A DNA stretch of 64,000 nucleotides from contig CAMAYO010000003.1 in assembly GCA_945862465.1 (NCBI GenBank), positions 92-64,091 of the forward strand. Reading direction: 5' to 3'. Shown here piece by piece: positions 29,959-38,301 of this stretch. Below the pieces are notes generated by a model. The model had not been told where the DNA came from and searched no databases. It saw only the letters and a program-made list of their open reading frames with translations. Origin of the DNA: Pseudorhodobacter antarcticus. Its GTDB lineage: Bacteria; Pseudomonadota; Alphaproteobacteria; Rhodobacterales; Rhodobacteraceae. A program made the translations under genes and the position numbers. Positions within the stretch are counted from its first letter, which is position 1; each line of letters begins with the position of its first letter.

Positions 29959-31545
29959 ATGGATTATCCGCTGGTGATTGGCGAATTGTTGAAAACCGGT
30001 CTGCGGGCCAATCCGGCGCAGCGGATCACCTATGCGGGCGGGGTTGATCTGACCTATGCCCAATTCGGCGCGCGGGTGCATCGGTTGGGGTCCGCACTGG
30101 CGGGACTGGGGCTGGGCGAAGGTGCGGTTGTGGCCGTGATGGATTACGACAGCCACCGCTATCTGGAATGCTTCTTTGCCATCCCCATGTTGGGGGCCAC
30201 GTTGCACACGGTCAACGTGCGCCTGTCGCCAGAGCAGGTGCTTTACACCATCACCCACGCCCAAGATGACGCGATCTTGGTGCATGAAGATTTTCTGCCC
30301 CTGCTGCTGCCCTTGCTGCCGCGCATCACACGGCCCCTGCGTCTGATCTTGCTATCCGACAAGCCCGCCGCCCTGCCAGAAGGCTTTGCTGGCACCTATG
30401 AGGCGTTGTTGTCCGCTGGCGATGCCAGCTTTGCCTTTCCCACCTTCTCAGAATCCACCCGTGCGACGCTGTTTTACACCACAGGCACCACGGGCGACCC
30501 AAAGGGGGTGACCTATTCCCACCGCCAATTGGTGCTGCACAGCCTTGGCGTCATCGCTTGCTTTGCGCCCATTCCGGGCAAGGGCGGGATCAAGGCCGAT
30601 GATGTCTATATGCCGCTGACGCCCTTGTTTCATGTGCATGGCTGGGGTTTTCCGCTGATCGCCACTATGCTGGGGATGCGCCAAGTCTATCCCGGCCGTT
30701 ATGAACCGCAAAAACTGCTGCACCTGATTGCCGAACATGGCGTGACCTTTTCGCATTGTGTGCCAGCGGTGTTGGGCATGGTGCTGGGGGCCACAGGGGC
30801 AGAGACTGTCAACTTGGCAGGGTGGAAGGTGATCATCGGCGGATCAGCCTTGCCCGAAGGGTTGGCCCGCGCCGCGATGGCGCGCGGCATTGATATTCAC
30901 GCAGGTTACGGCATGTCAGAAACCTGCCCCGTTCTGACCATCGCCGATATGGCTGCGACCCAAGGCCGCGAAGACACCACCGCCATCCGCATTGCCACGG
31001 GCAAGCCCATCCCCTTGGTCGAGGTGCGCGTGGTGGACGGTGACATGACCGATGTGGCCCATGACGGGGTCGCGACGGGAGAGGTCGTCACCCGCGCCCC
31101 GTGGCTGACCGAAGGCTATCTTCACAACCCTGCGGGCACGGCTGATCTGTGGCGCGGCGGTTGGCTGCATACGGGCGATGTGGGCAATATGACGCCCGAC
31201 GGCACCTTGCGCATCACCGACAGGCTGAAAGATGTGATCAAGTCGGGTGGGGAGTGGATCTCCTCGCTTGAGTTGGAAAGCCTGATCTCGGCGGTTGCGG
31301 GTGTGAGTGAGGTGGCCGTGGTGGGTGTGCCCGATGACCGCTGGGGCGAACGGCCTGTGGTGGTGGTGGTGGCGCAGCAGGATGTGACCGAAGGTGTCAA
31401 GGCGGCGGTGCAAGCGGCCATTGCGGCAGGCCGCCTTTCGAAATGGGCAGCGCCGGAACGGGTGCTGCGGGTTGAGGCGATTCCCAAAACCTCGGTCGGA
31501 AAAATCGACAAGAAAGCCATCCGCGCCGGCCTGATGCATTCCTAA
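29959..31545 (+). CDS. Acyl-CoA ligase, DmdB-like (3-methylmercaptopropionate-CoA ligase clade)
   Basis: YTTGTTGDPKG, GYGMSET, GDVG, DRLKDVIKSGGEWISS. AVMDYDSHRYLECFFAIPM..NVRLSPEQ closely resembles Pseudomonas PA4198-type DmdB as recalled. Confidence 0.8.
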   Translation: MDYPLVIGELLKTGLRANPAQRITYAGGVDLTYAQFGARVHRLGSALAGLGLGEGAVVAVMDYDSHRYLECFFAIPMLGATLHTVNVRLSPEQVLYTITHAQDDAILVHEDFLPLLLPLLPRITRPLRLILLSDKPAALPEGFAGTYEALLSAGDASFAFPTFSESTRATLFYTTGTTGDPKGVTYSHRQLVLHSLGVIACFAPIPGKGGIKADDVYMPLTPLFHVHGWGFPLIATMLGMRQVYPGRYEPQKLLHLIAEHGVTFSHCVPAVLGMVLGATGAETVNLAGWKVIIGGSALPEGLARAAMARGIDIHAGYGMSETCPVLTIADMAATQGREDTTAIRIATGKPIPLVEVRVVDGDMTDVAHDGVATGEVVTRAPWLTEGYLHNPAGTADLWRGGWLHTGDVGNMTPDGTLRITDRLKDVIKSGGEWISSLELESLISAVAGVSEVAVVGVPDDRWGERPVVVVVAQQDVTEGVKAAVQAAIAAGRLSKWAAPERVLRVEAIPKTSVGKIDKKAIRAGLMHS

Positions 31546-31599
31546 GGGCGGGGCTTAGGCTGGCAATTGGTTGTTTGCCTTCAGACGGTGGCGCGCCGT

Positions 31600-31616
31600 T
31601 TAGTCGTGGCGACTAA
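31600..31616. promoter_or_regulatory. Perfect 7-3-7 dyad (putative operator) upstream of the demethylase gene
   Basis: TTAGTCG-TGG-CGACTAA, 24 nt before the ATG, overlapping a possible -10 downstream of TTGCCT. Confidence 0.55.
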
Positions 31617-31640
31617 CGCCCCTTTGCGAAAGACATACTC

Positions 31641-32744
31641 ATGTTCGGCATAACCCCCTCGGCCCGCCTGCGCCCCTCGCCCTATTACGAGGCGACCTTG
31701 GCGGAGGGAGTTTGCGCCTTTACCACCTATAACCACATGCTGATGCCCACATCTTACGGCAAACCGCTGGAGGAATACTGGCGCCTGATCAACGGTGTCA
31801 GCCAGTGGGATGTGGCGGTCGAGCGGCAGGTGCAGTTGCGCGGGCCGGATGCGGGGCGCTTGGCGCAGATTTTAGCGCCGCGCGATCTGTCGAAATGTAA
31901 GGTGGGACAGGGCAAATATGTGCCCTTGGTCAACCACCAAGGCGTACTGATCAACGATCCGATTTGTTTGAAATTGGCGGATGATCTGTATTGGCTTTCC
32001 ATCGCCGACAGCAACATCTGGTTCTGGGCCAGCGCCATCGCCGCTGAACGTGGCCTGCGGGTCGAGGTTTCGGAACCCGATGTTTCGCCCATGGCCATTC
32101 AGGGCCCCAAGGCCGAGGATGTCGTGGCGCATTTGTGCGGCGATTGGGTGCGGGGGCTGAAATACTTCTGGTTCCGCGAGTTTGATTTGGGCGGCATCCC
32201 CTTGGTTGTGGCGCGGTCGGGCTGGTCCAAACAGGGCGGGTTCGAACTGTATCTGCGCGATGGGTCGCAAGGCACCAAGCTTTGGAACCTTGTGAAAGAG
32301 GCAGGCCAGCCTTGGGGCATCGGCCCCGGCAACCCGAACTGGAGCGAGCGTGTCGAAAGTGGGCTGATCTCATTCGGCGGCGATACCGATGGGCAGACCA
32401 ACCCCTATGAAGTGCGGATGGGCAAATATGTTGACCTGCACGTGCCCGATGACACTGTGGGCATCCAAGCCCTGCGCCGGATTTCGGCTGAGGGGCCAAA
32501 GCGCCATTCCTTGGGCATCATTCTGGATGCGGGCGATCCGGTATCGCCGGGGTTTTCGTGGAACCCGATCTACAAAGACGGGGTCAAAGTGGGCGATCTG
32601 ACCAACTGCATCTTTTCCATTCGGGTGCAAAAGAACCTAGGCTTTGCCCTGATTTCGCGCGAATGTGTGGTCGGCGACAGGGTTCAGGCTTTGGTCGGCG
32701 GCGTGATGCAATCGGGCGTTCTGACGGAATTGCCGTTTGTGTAA
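31641..32744 (+). CDS. GcvT-family aminomethyltransferase, DmdA-like (DMSP demethylase-related paralog)
   Basis: YNHMLMP, WDVAVERQV, NDP..LKL..D.YWLSIAD, EPDVSP.A.QGP, ARSGWSKQGGFE, ERVESGL all parallel recalled DmdA. Several segments diverge (LSKCKVGQGKY, YFWFR, SFGGDTD). Confidence 0.8.
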   Translation: MFGITPSARLRPSPYYEATLAEGVCAFTTYNHMLMPTSYGKPLEEYWRLINGVSQWDVAVERQVQLRGPDAGRLAQILAPRDLSKCKVGQGKYVPLVNHQGVLINDPICLKLADDLYWLSIADSNIWFWASAIAAERGLRVEVSEPDVSPMAIQGPKAEDVVAHLCGDWVRGLKYFWFREFDLGGIPLVVARSGWSKQGGFELYLRDGSQGTKLWNLVKEAGQPWGIGPGNPNWSERVESGLISFGGDTDGQTNPYEVRMGKYVDLHVPDDTVGIQALRRISAEGPKRHSLGIILDAGDPVSPGFSWNPIYKDGVKVGDLTNCIFSIRVQKNLGFALISRECVVGDRVQALVGGVMQSGVLTELPFV

Positions 32745-32776
32745 GGGAAGGCGGAAGATGACTTTGGCGCATCGCC

Positions 32777-33265
32777 ATGATTGAGGCCAAGGTCTTCGCC
32801 AGCTTCAACGAAGGATTTCGCGCATCTTACGAAGATGAACTGCGTGGCGAGGGCTTTTTTGCTGCGCTGGCCGCCTTGGACCCAATCCCTCGCCGTGCAG
32901 AAGCCTGGCGCACGATGCTGGCGATTGAGCAAGTCACAACCCAAGCCTTGCTGTCTGCGGCCCAAGCGTTGGGCGTTGCAAACCGCGATCCGCAAGCCCT
33001 GCGCGCCGAGGGTGCGGCAGAGGCGGACGACTGGCGCGTTTTGGGCTGGTACGGCGCGTTGCTGGTGATGCGTGACGAGTTTCCTGTTTACTTGACCGAA
33101 TTTGGTGGCCTTTTGGCCCAATCTCCGCCCGCCTATGCGCCGTTGGTCGACCTTTTGATCCGCCACGAGGTTGCCTTTATCGATTTTGCCGCCGCCGAAC
33201 TGGCTGGGCAGGCTGACAGCATGGCCGTGCTGGACACCTACCTTTCCCAAGCGCGTGCCGCATGA
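32777..33265 (+). CDS. Hypothetical protein, ferritin-like four-helix pattern
   Basis: All-helical 162 aa with YEDELRGE, IEQVT, DEFPVY and RHE motifs. Stop overlaps the next start (ATGA). Confidence 0.7.
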   Translation: MIEAKVFASFNEGFRASYEDELRGEGFFAALAALDPIPRRAEAWRTMLAIEQVTTQALLSAAQALGVANRDPQALRAEGAAEADDWRVLGWYGALLVMRDEFPVYLTEFGGLLAQSPPAYAPLVDLLIRHEVAFIDFAAAELAGQADSMAVLDTYLSQARAA

Positions 33266-34014
33266 TGCGCTTGGGGTTCCTGAACCGACAAGGCGTGCTA
33301 TGGCTGGGCTTTTTCGCGCTAATCCTGCTTGCATGGGGAGGCATCTTTGCCCAAGTGGCGCAGGCCCCGATAGGGCTGTGGGGCGTGCTTTGCACCACGG
33401 CGGCTGCGGCTGGGTTCTTTGACCTTTGGGCCATGTGGGCGCTGATGGCGGCGGCGATGATGCTGCCCACCTTTGTGCCCGCCTTGCGCACCTTTGTGAA
33501 CATGGGTGCTGCGGGGGCAACGCGCCCGATCGATGCTGTGGCCTTGGTGGTAGGCTATGCTTTGGTCTGGGTTCTGGGTGCTGCTTTGGGCGCTGCGGCG
33601 CAAATGGCGCTGTCGCGGGTGGGGATGCTTGCGCAAGATGGCTCTAGCCTGTCAGTTTGGCTAACCACGGCGCTGCTTGTAGCGGCGGGGCTTTATCAAC
33701 TGTCGATCCTCAAAGCCGCTTGTCTGGCCAAATGCCGCATGCCGCTGACCTACTTTATGGGGCGCTGGGCCCCCGGCTTACCGCGCGCCCTTAACATGGG
33801 CGCAGAACTGGGGCTGATCTGCTTTGGCTGCTGCTGGGCGCTGATGGCCTTGGCCTTTGTGGGTGGGACGATGAGTTTGGTGTGGATGGGCCTTGCAACC
33901 CTGTTCATGGTGCTGGAAAAACTGCCCGAGATTGGCCGCCCCCTGACGCGGCCTGCGGGATTTGCCTTGATCGGGGCGGGGGCAGTTTTGGCCCTCCGCA
34001 CCTTTTTGACTTGA
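33262..34014 (+). CDS. DUF2182-like predicted metal-binding integral membrane protein
   Basis: MWALMAAAMMLP, GLYQLS.LKAACLAKCRMP, CFGCCWALM..AFVGG.M, EKLP. Confidence 0.85.
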   Translation: MMRLGFLNRQGVLWLGFFALILLAWGGIFAQVAQAPIGLWGVLCTTAAAAGFFDLWAMWALMAAAMMLPTFVPALRTFVNMGAAGATRPIDAVALVVGYALVWVLGAALGAAAQMALSRVGMLAQDGSSLSVWLTTALLVAAGLYQLSILKAACLAKCRMPLTYFMGRWAPGLPRALNMGAELGLICFGCCWALMALAFVGGTMSLVWMGLATLFMVLEKLPEIGRPLTRPAGFALIGAGAVLALRTFLT

Positions 34015-34025
34015 AAGGACAAAAG

Positions 34026-34649
34026 ATGTCGACCACTTTCCCAAGCTGGGTCATCAAAGGAGAGTTGATCCTAAACTGCAACTGCACCGTCTTTTGCCCC
34101 TGTGTGATCAGTCTGGGCAAACACCCGCCGACCGAAGGCTATTGTCAGGCATGGGTCGGCATTCGCATCGATTCTGGCCATTACGACGGACACAACTTGG
34201 GCGGGCTGAACGTGGGCCTGCTGATGGACATTCCGGGCAACATGGGCCGTGGGAACTGGAAAGCGGCGGCCTATATTGACGAGCGGGCTTCCGAAGCGGC
34301 CTATGACGGCTTGATCAAAATCTTTTCAGGCAAAGCGCGCGGATCGACGGGGTTGTTCGCGGTGATGGTGTCGGAGTTTTTGGGGGCAGAACGCTCTCCG
34401 GTCGATTACGTGACCGAAGGCAAAACCCGCCGCTTGTCAGTGGGCAAAAAGATACAGGGCGAGGTGACGCCGATCACTGGGGCGGATTCGGACCGCGAGG
34501 TTGTGGTTTCTAACACAGGCTACTGGATGGGCCCCGACATCACGATTGCGCAAGCGGGTAAAGGACGGGTGCGCGCCTATGGGCGGGTGTGGGATTTTGA
34601 CGGCCGCAGTGCCGAGATTTGCCAGATTGATTGGCACGGCCCGAACTGA
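34026..34649 (+). CDS. DUF1326-like Cys-rich protein
   Basis: LNCNCTVFCPC, PPTEGYCQ, YIDERAS. AAAGGA SD before ATG 34026. Confidence 0.85.
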   Translation: MSTTFPSWVIKGELILNCNCTVFCPCVISLGKHPPTEGYCQAWVGIRIDSGHYDGHNLGGLNVGLLMDIPGNMGRGNWKAAAYIDERASEAAYDGLIKIFSGKARGSTGLFAVMVSEFLGAERSPVDYVTEGKTRRLSVGKKIQGEVTPITGADSDREVVVSNTGYWMGPDITIAQAGKGRVRAYGRVWDFDGRSAEICQIDWHGPN

Positions 34650-34678
34650 TCGAGCCGATTACAGGAAAAGGAAAGACG

Positions 34679-35671
34679 ATGTTTCAAGCGCTCGTGCTAG
34701 AGAAGAACGCCGAAGGTCAGGCTGTCGCTGCGATCCGTGAACTGGACGACAGCGCCCTGCCTGCAGGGGATGTCACGGTGGCGGTGGACTATTCGACCGT
34801 GAACTACAAAGACGGTCTATGCCTGTCGCCGACCGGCAGCGGGCTGGTGCGGGCCTATCCGCACGTGGCGGGGATCGACTTTGCAGGTACCGTCGAAACT
34901 TCGGACGATGCGCGCTACAAAGCGGGCGATAAGGTGGTTCTGACCGGCTGGCGCGTGGGCGAGGTGCATTGGGGCGGTTATGCCACCAAGGCGCGGGTCA
35001 AGGCCGATTGGCTGGTGCCTTTGCCCAAGGGGCTGACCACTCGCCAAGCGATGGCGGTGGGAACGGCGGGCTTAACCTCGATGCTGGCGGTGCTGGCGCT
35101 GGAAGATCACGGGTTGACCCCTGCGGGGGGTGAGGTGCTTGTGACGGGCGCTGCGGGGGGCGTTGGGTCGGTTGCTGTCGCCCTGTTGGCCAAACTGAGC
35201 TATCAGGTGGCGGCAGTGACAGGGCGGCCTGAAACTGAAGCCTACCTGCGCGATTTGGGGGCTTCCCGCATTATCTCCCGCGCCGATCTGGCTGAAACCG
35301 TCAAACGCCCGCTAGAGGCCGAACTTTGGGCGGGGTGCATTGATGCCGTGGGGGGGCCGATGCTGGCCCGTGTGTTGGGGCAGATGAAATATGGCGCTTC
35401 GGTCGCGGCAGTGGGGCTTGCGGGCGGTTCAGGGTTGCCGGCGTCGGTCATTCCGTTCTTGCTGCGTGGTGTCAACCTTTTGGGCATCGATTCCGTGATG
35501 CGGCCCTTCGCTGATCGTCAAAGGGCTTGGGCGCGGATTGCGGCTGACCTGCCGCTGAACAAGCTGGAGGCGATGATCTTGCCTGCCACGCTTGCTGATC
35601 TGCCCGCGCTGGGCGAAGCTATTTTGAAAGGTGACGTGAAGGGTCGCGTGGTGGTTGACCTGCGGGCCTGA
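34679..35671 (+). CDS. acuI: Acryloyl-CoA reductase (YhdH/AcuI, MDR family)
   Basis: STVNYKDGL, PHVAGIDFAG, TGWRVGE.HWGGY, GTAG, VTGAAGGVGS, PFLLRGVNLLGIDSV; very close to recalled Roseobacter AcuI. Confidence 0.93.
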   Translation: MFQALVLEKNAEGQAVAAIRELDDSALPAGDVTVAVDYSTVNYKDGLCLSPTGSGLVRAYPHVAGIDFAGTVETSDDARYKAGDKVVLTGWRVGEVHWGGYATKARVKADWLVPLPKGLTTRQAMAVGTAGLTSMLAVLALEDHGLTPAGGEVLVTGAAGGVGSVAVALLAKLSYQVAAVTGRPETEAYLRDLGASRIISRADLAETVKRPLEAELWAGCIDAVGGPMLARVLGQMKYGASVAAVGLAGGSGLPASVIPFLLRGVNLLGIDSVMRPFADRQRAWARIAADLPLNKLEAMILPATLADLPALGEAILKGDVKGRVVVDLRA

Positions 35672-35680
35672 TCGCCGTGC

Positions 35681-35764
35681 CCCACGATTTTTCTGCGAAA
35701 AATCTTGCGGCCTCGATTTTTCGGCGAAAAATCGGTGCCAAATTCTTCGCAGAAGAATTGTGGG
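35681..35764. repeat. REP/BIME-like palindrome cluster, family A (three units)
   Basis: GATTTTTCTGCGAAAAATC (35686-35704), CGATTTTTCGGCGAAAAATCG (35714-35734) and AATTCTTCGCAGAAGAATT (35741-35759), enclosed by CCCAC/GTGGG. Confidence 0.85.
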
Positions 35765-35765
35765 C

Positions 35766-36932
35766 TCAATCCTTCCAGTCGCCTTCGAAGTCTTTCGGGA
35801 TCATCAGGTTATGCGCGCCAAACTTGGTAATGTCGCGCTCTCCACACAGGGCCATCGTGGTGTCGATTTCCTTGCGGATCACCTCTAGCGCGGCACTGAC
35901 GCCCGCTTGCCCCATAGCACCAAGCCCATAGATATAGCTGCGCCCGATCATGGTGGCCTTGGCCCCCATGGCCAGCGCCTTCAGCACATCTTGGCCAGAC
36001 CGGATGCCACCATCCATCCAAACCTCGACCTGATCGCCCACGGCGCGGGCGATGCTGGGCAAGCGGCGAATCGACGACAGCGCCCCGTCCAACTGCCGCC
36101 CGCCATGGTTTGATACAATCATCGCATCGGCGCCAAAATCGGCGGCGCGGCGGGCATCTTCTTCATCTAACACGCCCTTTAAGATCAACTTGCCGCCCCA
36201 CATATCGCGGATGCGGGCGATCTTGCCCCAGTCAAGTTGCGGATCAAACTGCTCTGCCGTCCACGACCCTAACGAGGACAAATCTTTGACACCCTTGGCA
36301 TGGCCCACAATATTGCCAAAACTATGCCGCTTGGTGCGCGCCATGCCCGCTGCCCAGCGCCACTTGGTGGCGATGTCGATGATATTGGCAATCGTGGGCT
36401 TGGGCGGGGCGGAGAGGCCGTTTTTCAAATCTTTGTGCCTTTGGCCCATGATCTGCAAATCCAAGGTCAGGACCAAGGCCGAACAGTTCGCCTTGCGCGC
36501 GCGGTCAAGGGCGCTCGCGACAAAATCCCAATCCTTCATCACATAAAGCTGAAACCAAAAGGGCGCTGTGGTGTGAGCTGCGACATCTTCGATGGAACAG
36601 ATCGACATGGTTGACAGCGTAAAGGGCACACCAAAGGCTTGGGCCGCGCGGGCCGCCTTTATCTCGCCATCCGCCGATTGCATTCCGGTAAACCCAACGG
36701 GTGCCAAGGCCACGGGCATGGTCACGGGTTGGCCCAGCATGGTGCCCGCAATCGTGCGGTTTGACATATCGACTGCCACCTTTTGCCGTAGGCGCAGTTT
36801 GCCAAAGTCGCTGACATTGTCGCGGAAGGTTTGTTCGGTGTACGATCCGCTTTCGCAATAATCAAAGAACATTCGTGGCACGCGGCGCTTGTGCAGGCGG
36901 CGCAGGTCTTCGATGGATGTGATCACGGGCAT
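35766..36932 (-). CDS. lldD: FMN-dependent alpha-hydroxy acid dehydrogenase (L-lactate dehydrogenase-like)
   Basis: MPVITSIEDL, FWFQLY, LKG, SNHGGRQLD, DGGIRSGQD, GRSY. Exact substrate uncertain. Confidence 0.85.
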   Translation of the reverse strand: MPVITSIEDLRRLHKRRVPRMFFDYCESGSYTEQTFRDNVSDFGKLRLRQKVAVDMSNRTIAGTMLGQPVTMPVALAPVGFTGMQSADGEIKAARAAQAFGVPFTLSTMSICSIEDVAAHTTAPFWFQLYVMKDWDFVASALDRARKANCSALVLTLDLQIMGQRHKDLKNGLSAPPKPTIANIIDIATKWRWAAGMARTKRHSFGNIVGHAKGVKDLSSLGSWTAEQFDPQLDWGKIARIRDMWGGKLILKGVLDEEDARRAADFGADAMIVSNHGGRQLDGALSSIRRLPSIARAVGDQVEVWMDGGIRSGQDVLKALAMGAKATMIGRSYIYGLGAMGQAGVSAALEVIRKEIDTTMALCGERDITKFGAHNLMIPKDFEGDWKD

Positions 36933-37155
36933 TTTGGCCTCTGAACTCGATGCAATGGGGCAGACTAGCGCGGACGGGGGTGTTCTGCTAGGGCGCGTGG
37001 TTTCGCAATTTGCCTGTTTCTTGGGCGATTTGATTATTCCCATGGCATTCTTGCCAAGCCCCACTTGCTAGAACACCGCCGCTGTGGCCTAGGGCTGGCA
37101 GGGCTGACCGCCTGGGCCCCAAAAAGGAAAGTACCTTTTCGGCGGACCGCCCCTG

Positions 37156-37992
37156 ATGTTTGACCAACCGCAATCGCACCCGATCCAGCGCAGCAAAGGC
37201 CATGCCTTTGCGGCTTTTGGGATGTGCCAAGGGCGGGTGTGGTTGGCCGATCTGGCGCAGGCGGGGTCCGCCAAGCTGATGCTGCCGCGTGTGGATGGCG
37301 ATGTGCCCGAGGCGGTGTTCTTGAACACCTCGGGCGGCTTGACGGGCGGTGACGCGATCAGTTTTGCGCTGCAGGTCGGTGATGGCGTGCGGCTGACCGC
37401 CTCGACCCAAACGGCGGAACGGGCTTATGCCAGCAACCAAGGTGCTGCCCAGATGCAGGTCCGGGCCATAGTGGGCGTGGGCGCGCGTTTGGATTGGTTG
37501 CCGCAGGAAACCATCCTGTACCAAGCCTCTAACCTGCACCGCCGCACCGAAATTGATCTGGCAGAAACCGCAACGTGCCTGACTTGCGAAAGCCTTGTGC
37601 TGGGTCGTGCCGCTATGGGTGAAACCCTGACCTCGGCCCGTTTGTCCGACCACCGCATGATCCGCCGCGCGGGCCGCCCTGTGTGGGCCGAGACCTTTCT
37701 GCTCGACGATGCCGTCCTAGCCCGCCGCGACAGCGCAGCCTTGCTGGCAGGCGCGCAGGCTTTGGGCCTTGTGGCGCTGGTGGCCCAAGGGGCGGAAGAC
37801 GCCACAGCGCCGCTTTTGGCGCTCCCCTCTGTCGCGGGCGCAAGGCTCTCGGCCTCGGGTTGGGACGGCCGCTGTCTGGTCCGCGTGCTGGCCCCCGATG
37901 GCCTGACGCTGCGCAAGCAAATGGCCCAAATCATCAAGACCCTGTCCGCGCGGCCCCTGCCCCGCGTTTGGCTAAGTGGAGGAACCTTATGA
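37156..37992 (+). CDS. ureD: Urease accessory protein UreD
   Basis: [25 protein letters not shown]; first gene of the ure cluster. Confidence 0.92.
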   Translation: MFDQPQSHPIQRSKGHAFAAFGMCQGRVWLADLAQAGSAKLMLPRVDGDVPEAVFLNTSGGLTGGDAISFALQVGDGVRLTASTQTAERAYASNQGAAQMQVRAIVGVGARLDWLPQETILYQASNLHRRTEIDLAETATCLTCESLVLGRAAMGETLTSARLSDHRMIRRAGRPVWAETFLLDDAVLARRDSAALLAGAQALGLVALVAQGAEDATAPLLALPSVAGARLSASGWDGRCLVRVLAPDGLTLRKQMAQIIKTLSARPLPRVWLSGGTL

Positions 37993-38291
37993 ACCTGACC
38001 CCGCGCGAACGCGAAAAACTCCTGATCTCGCTCGCCGCCATGGTGGCGCGTGGCCGCTTGGCCCGAGGTGTGAAGCTAAACCACCCCGAAGCGATTGCCC
38101 TTATCACCGACTTTGTGGTGGAAGGCGCGCGCGATGGGCGCATGGTGGCCGATCTGATGCAGGCGGGCGCCCATGTGATCACGGCTGACCAATGCATGGC
38201 AGGCGTGCCAGAGATGATCCATTCCGTCCAAGTCGAAGCCACCTTTCCCGATGGCACCAAGCTTGTCACCGTCCACCACCCCATCCGCTAA
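37989..38291 (+). CDS. ureA: Urease gamma subunit
   Basis: [11 protein letters not shown]...[17 protein letters not shown]. Confidence 0.98.
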   Translation: MNLTPREREKLLISLAAMVARGRLARGVKLNHPEAIALITDFVVEGARDGRMVADLMQAGAHVITADQCMAGVPEMIHSVQVEATFPDGTKLVTVHHPIR

Positions 38292-38301
38292 GAGGCCCAA
38301 G

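Noticed and set aside
31641-32744. Assigning the symbol dmdA or gcvT
   Set aside because: Divergence from recalled DmdA and the absence of gcvH/gcvP mean neither name is supported without an HMM or tree.
33262-34649. Selenocysteine readthrough in the Cys-rich genes
   Set aside because: Both ORFs are continuous with ordinary Cys codons, and their TGA stops are followed directly by SDs and starts of the next genes.
35681-35764. CRISPR array
   Set aside because: The units are 19-21 bp palindromes with spacers of only about 6-9 nt, and no cas genes are present.
37030-37155. sigma54/NtrC sites for urease
   Set aside because: TGGCA is present but there is no TTGC at the required spacing and no NtrC dyad.
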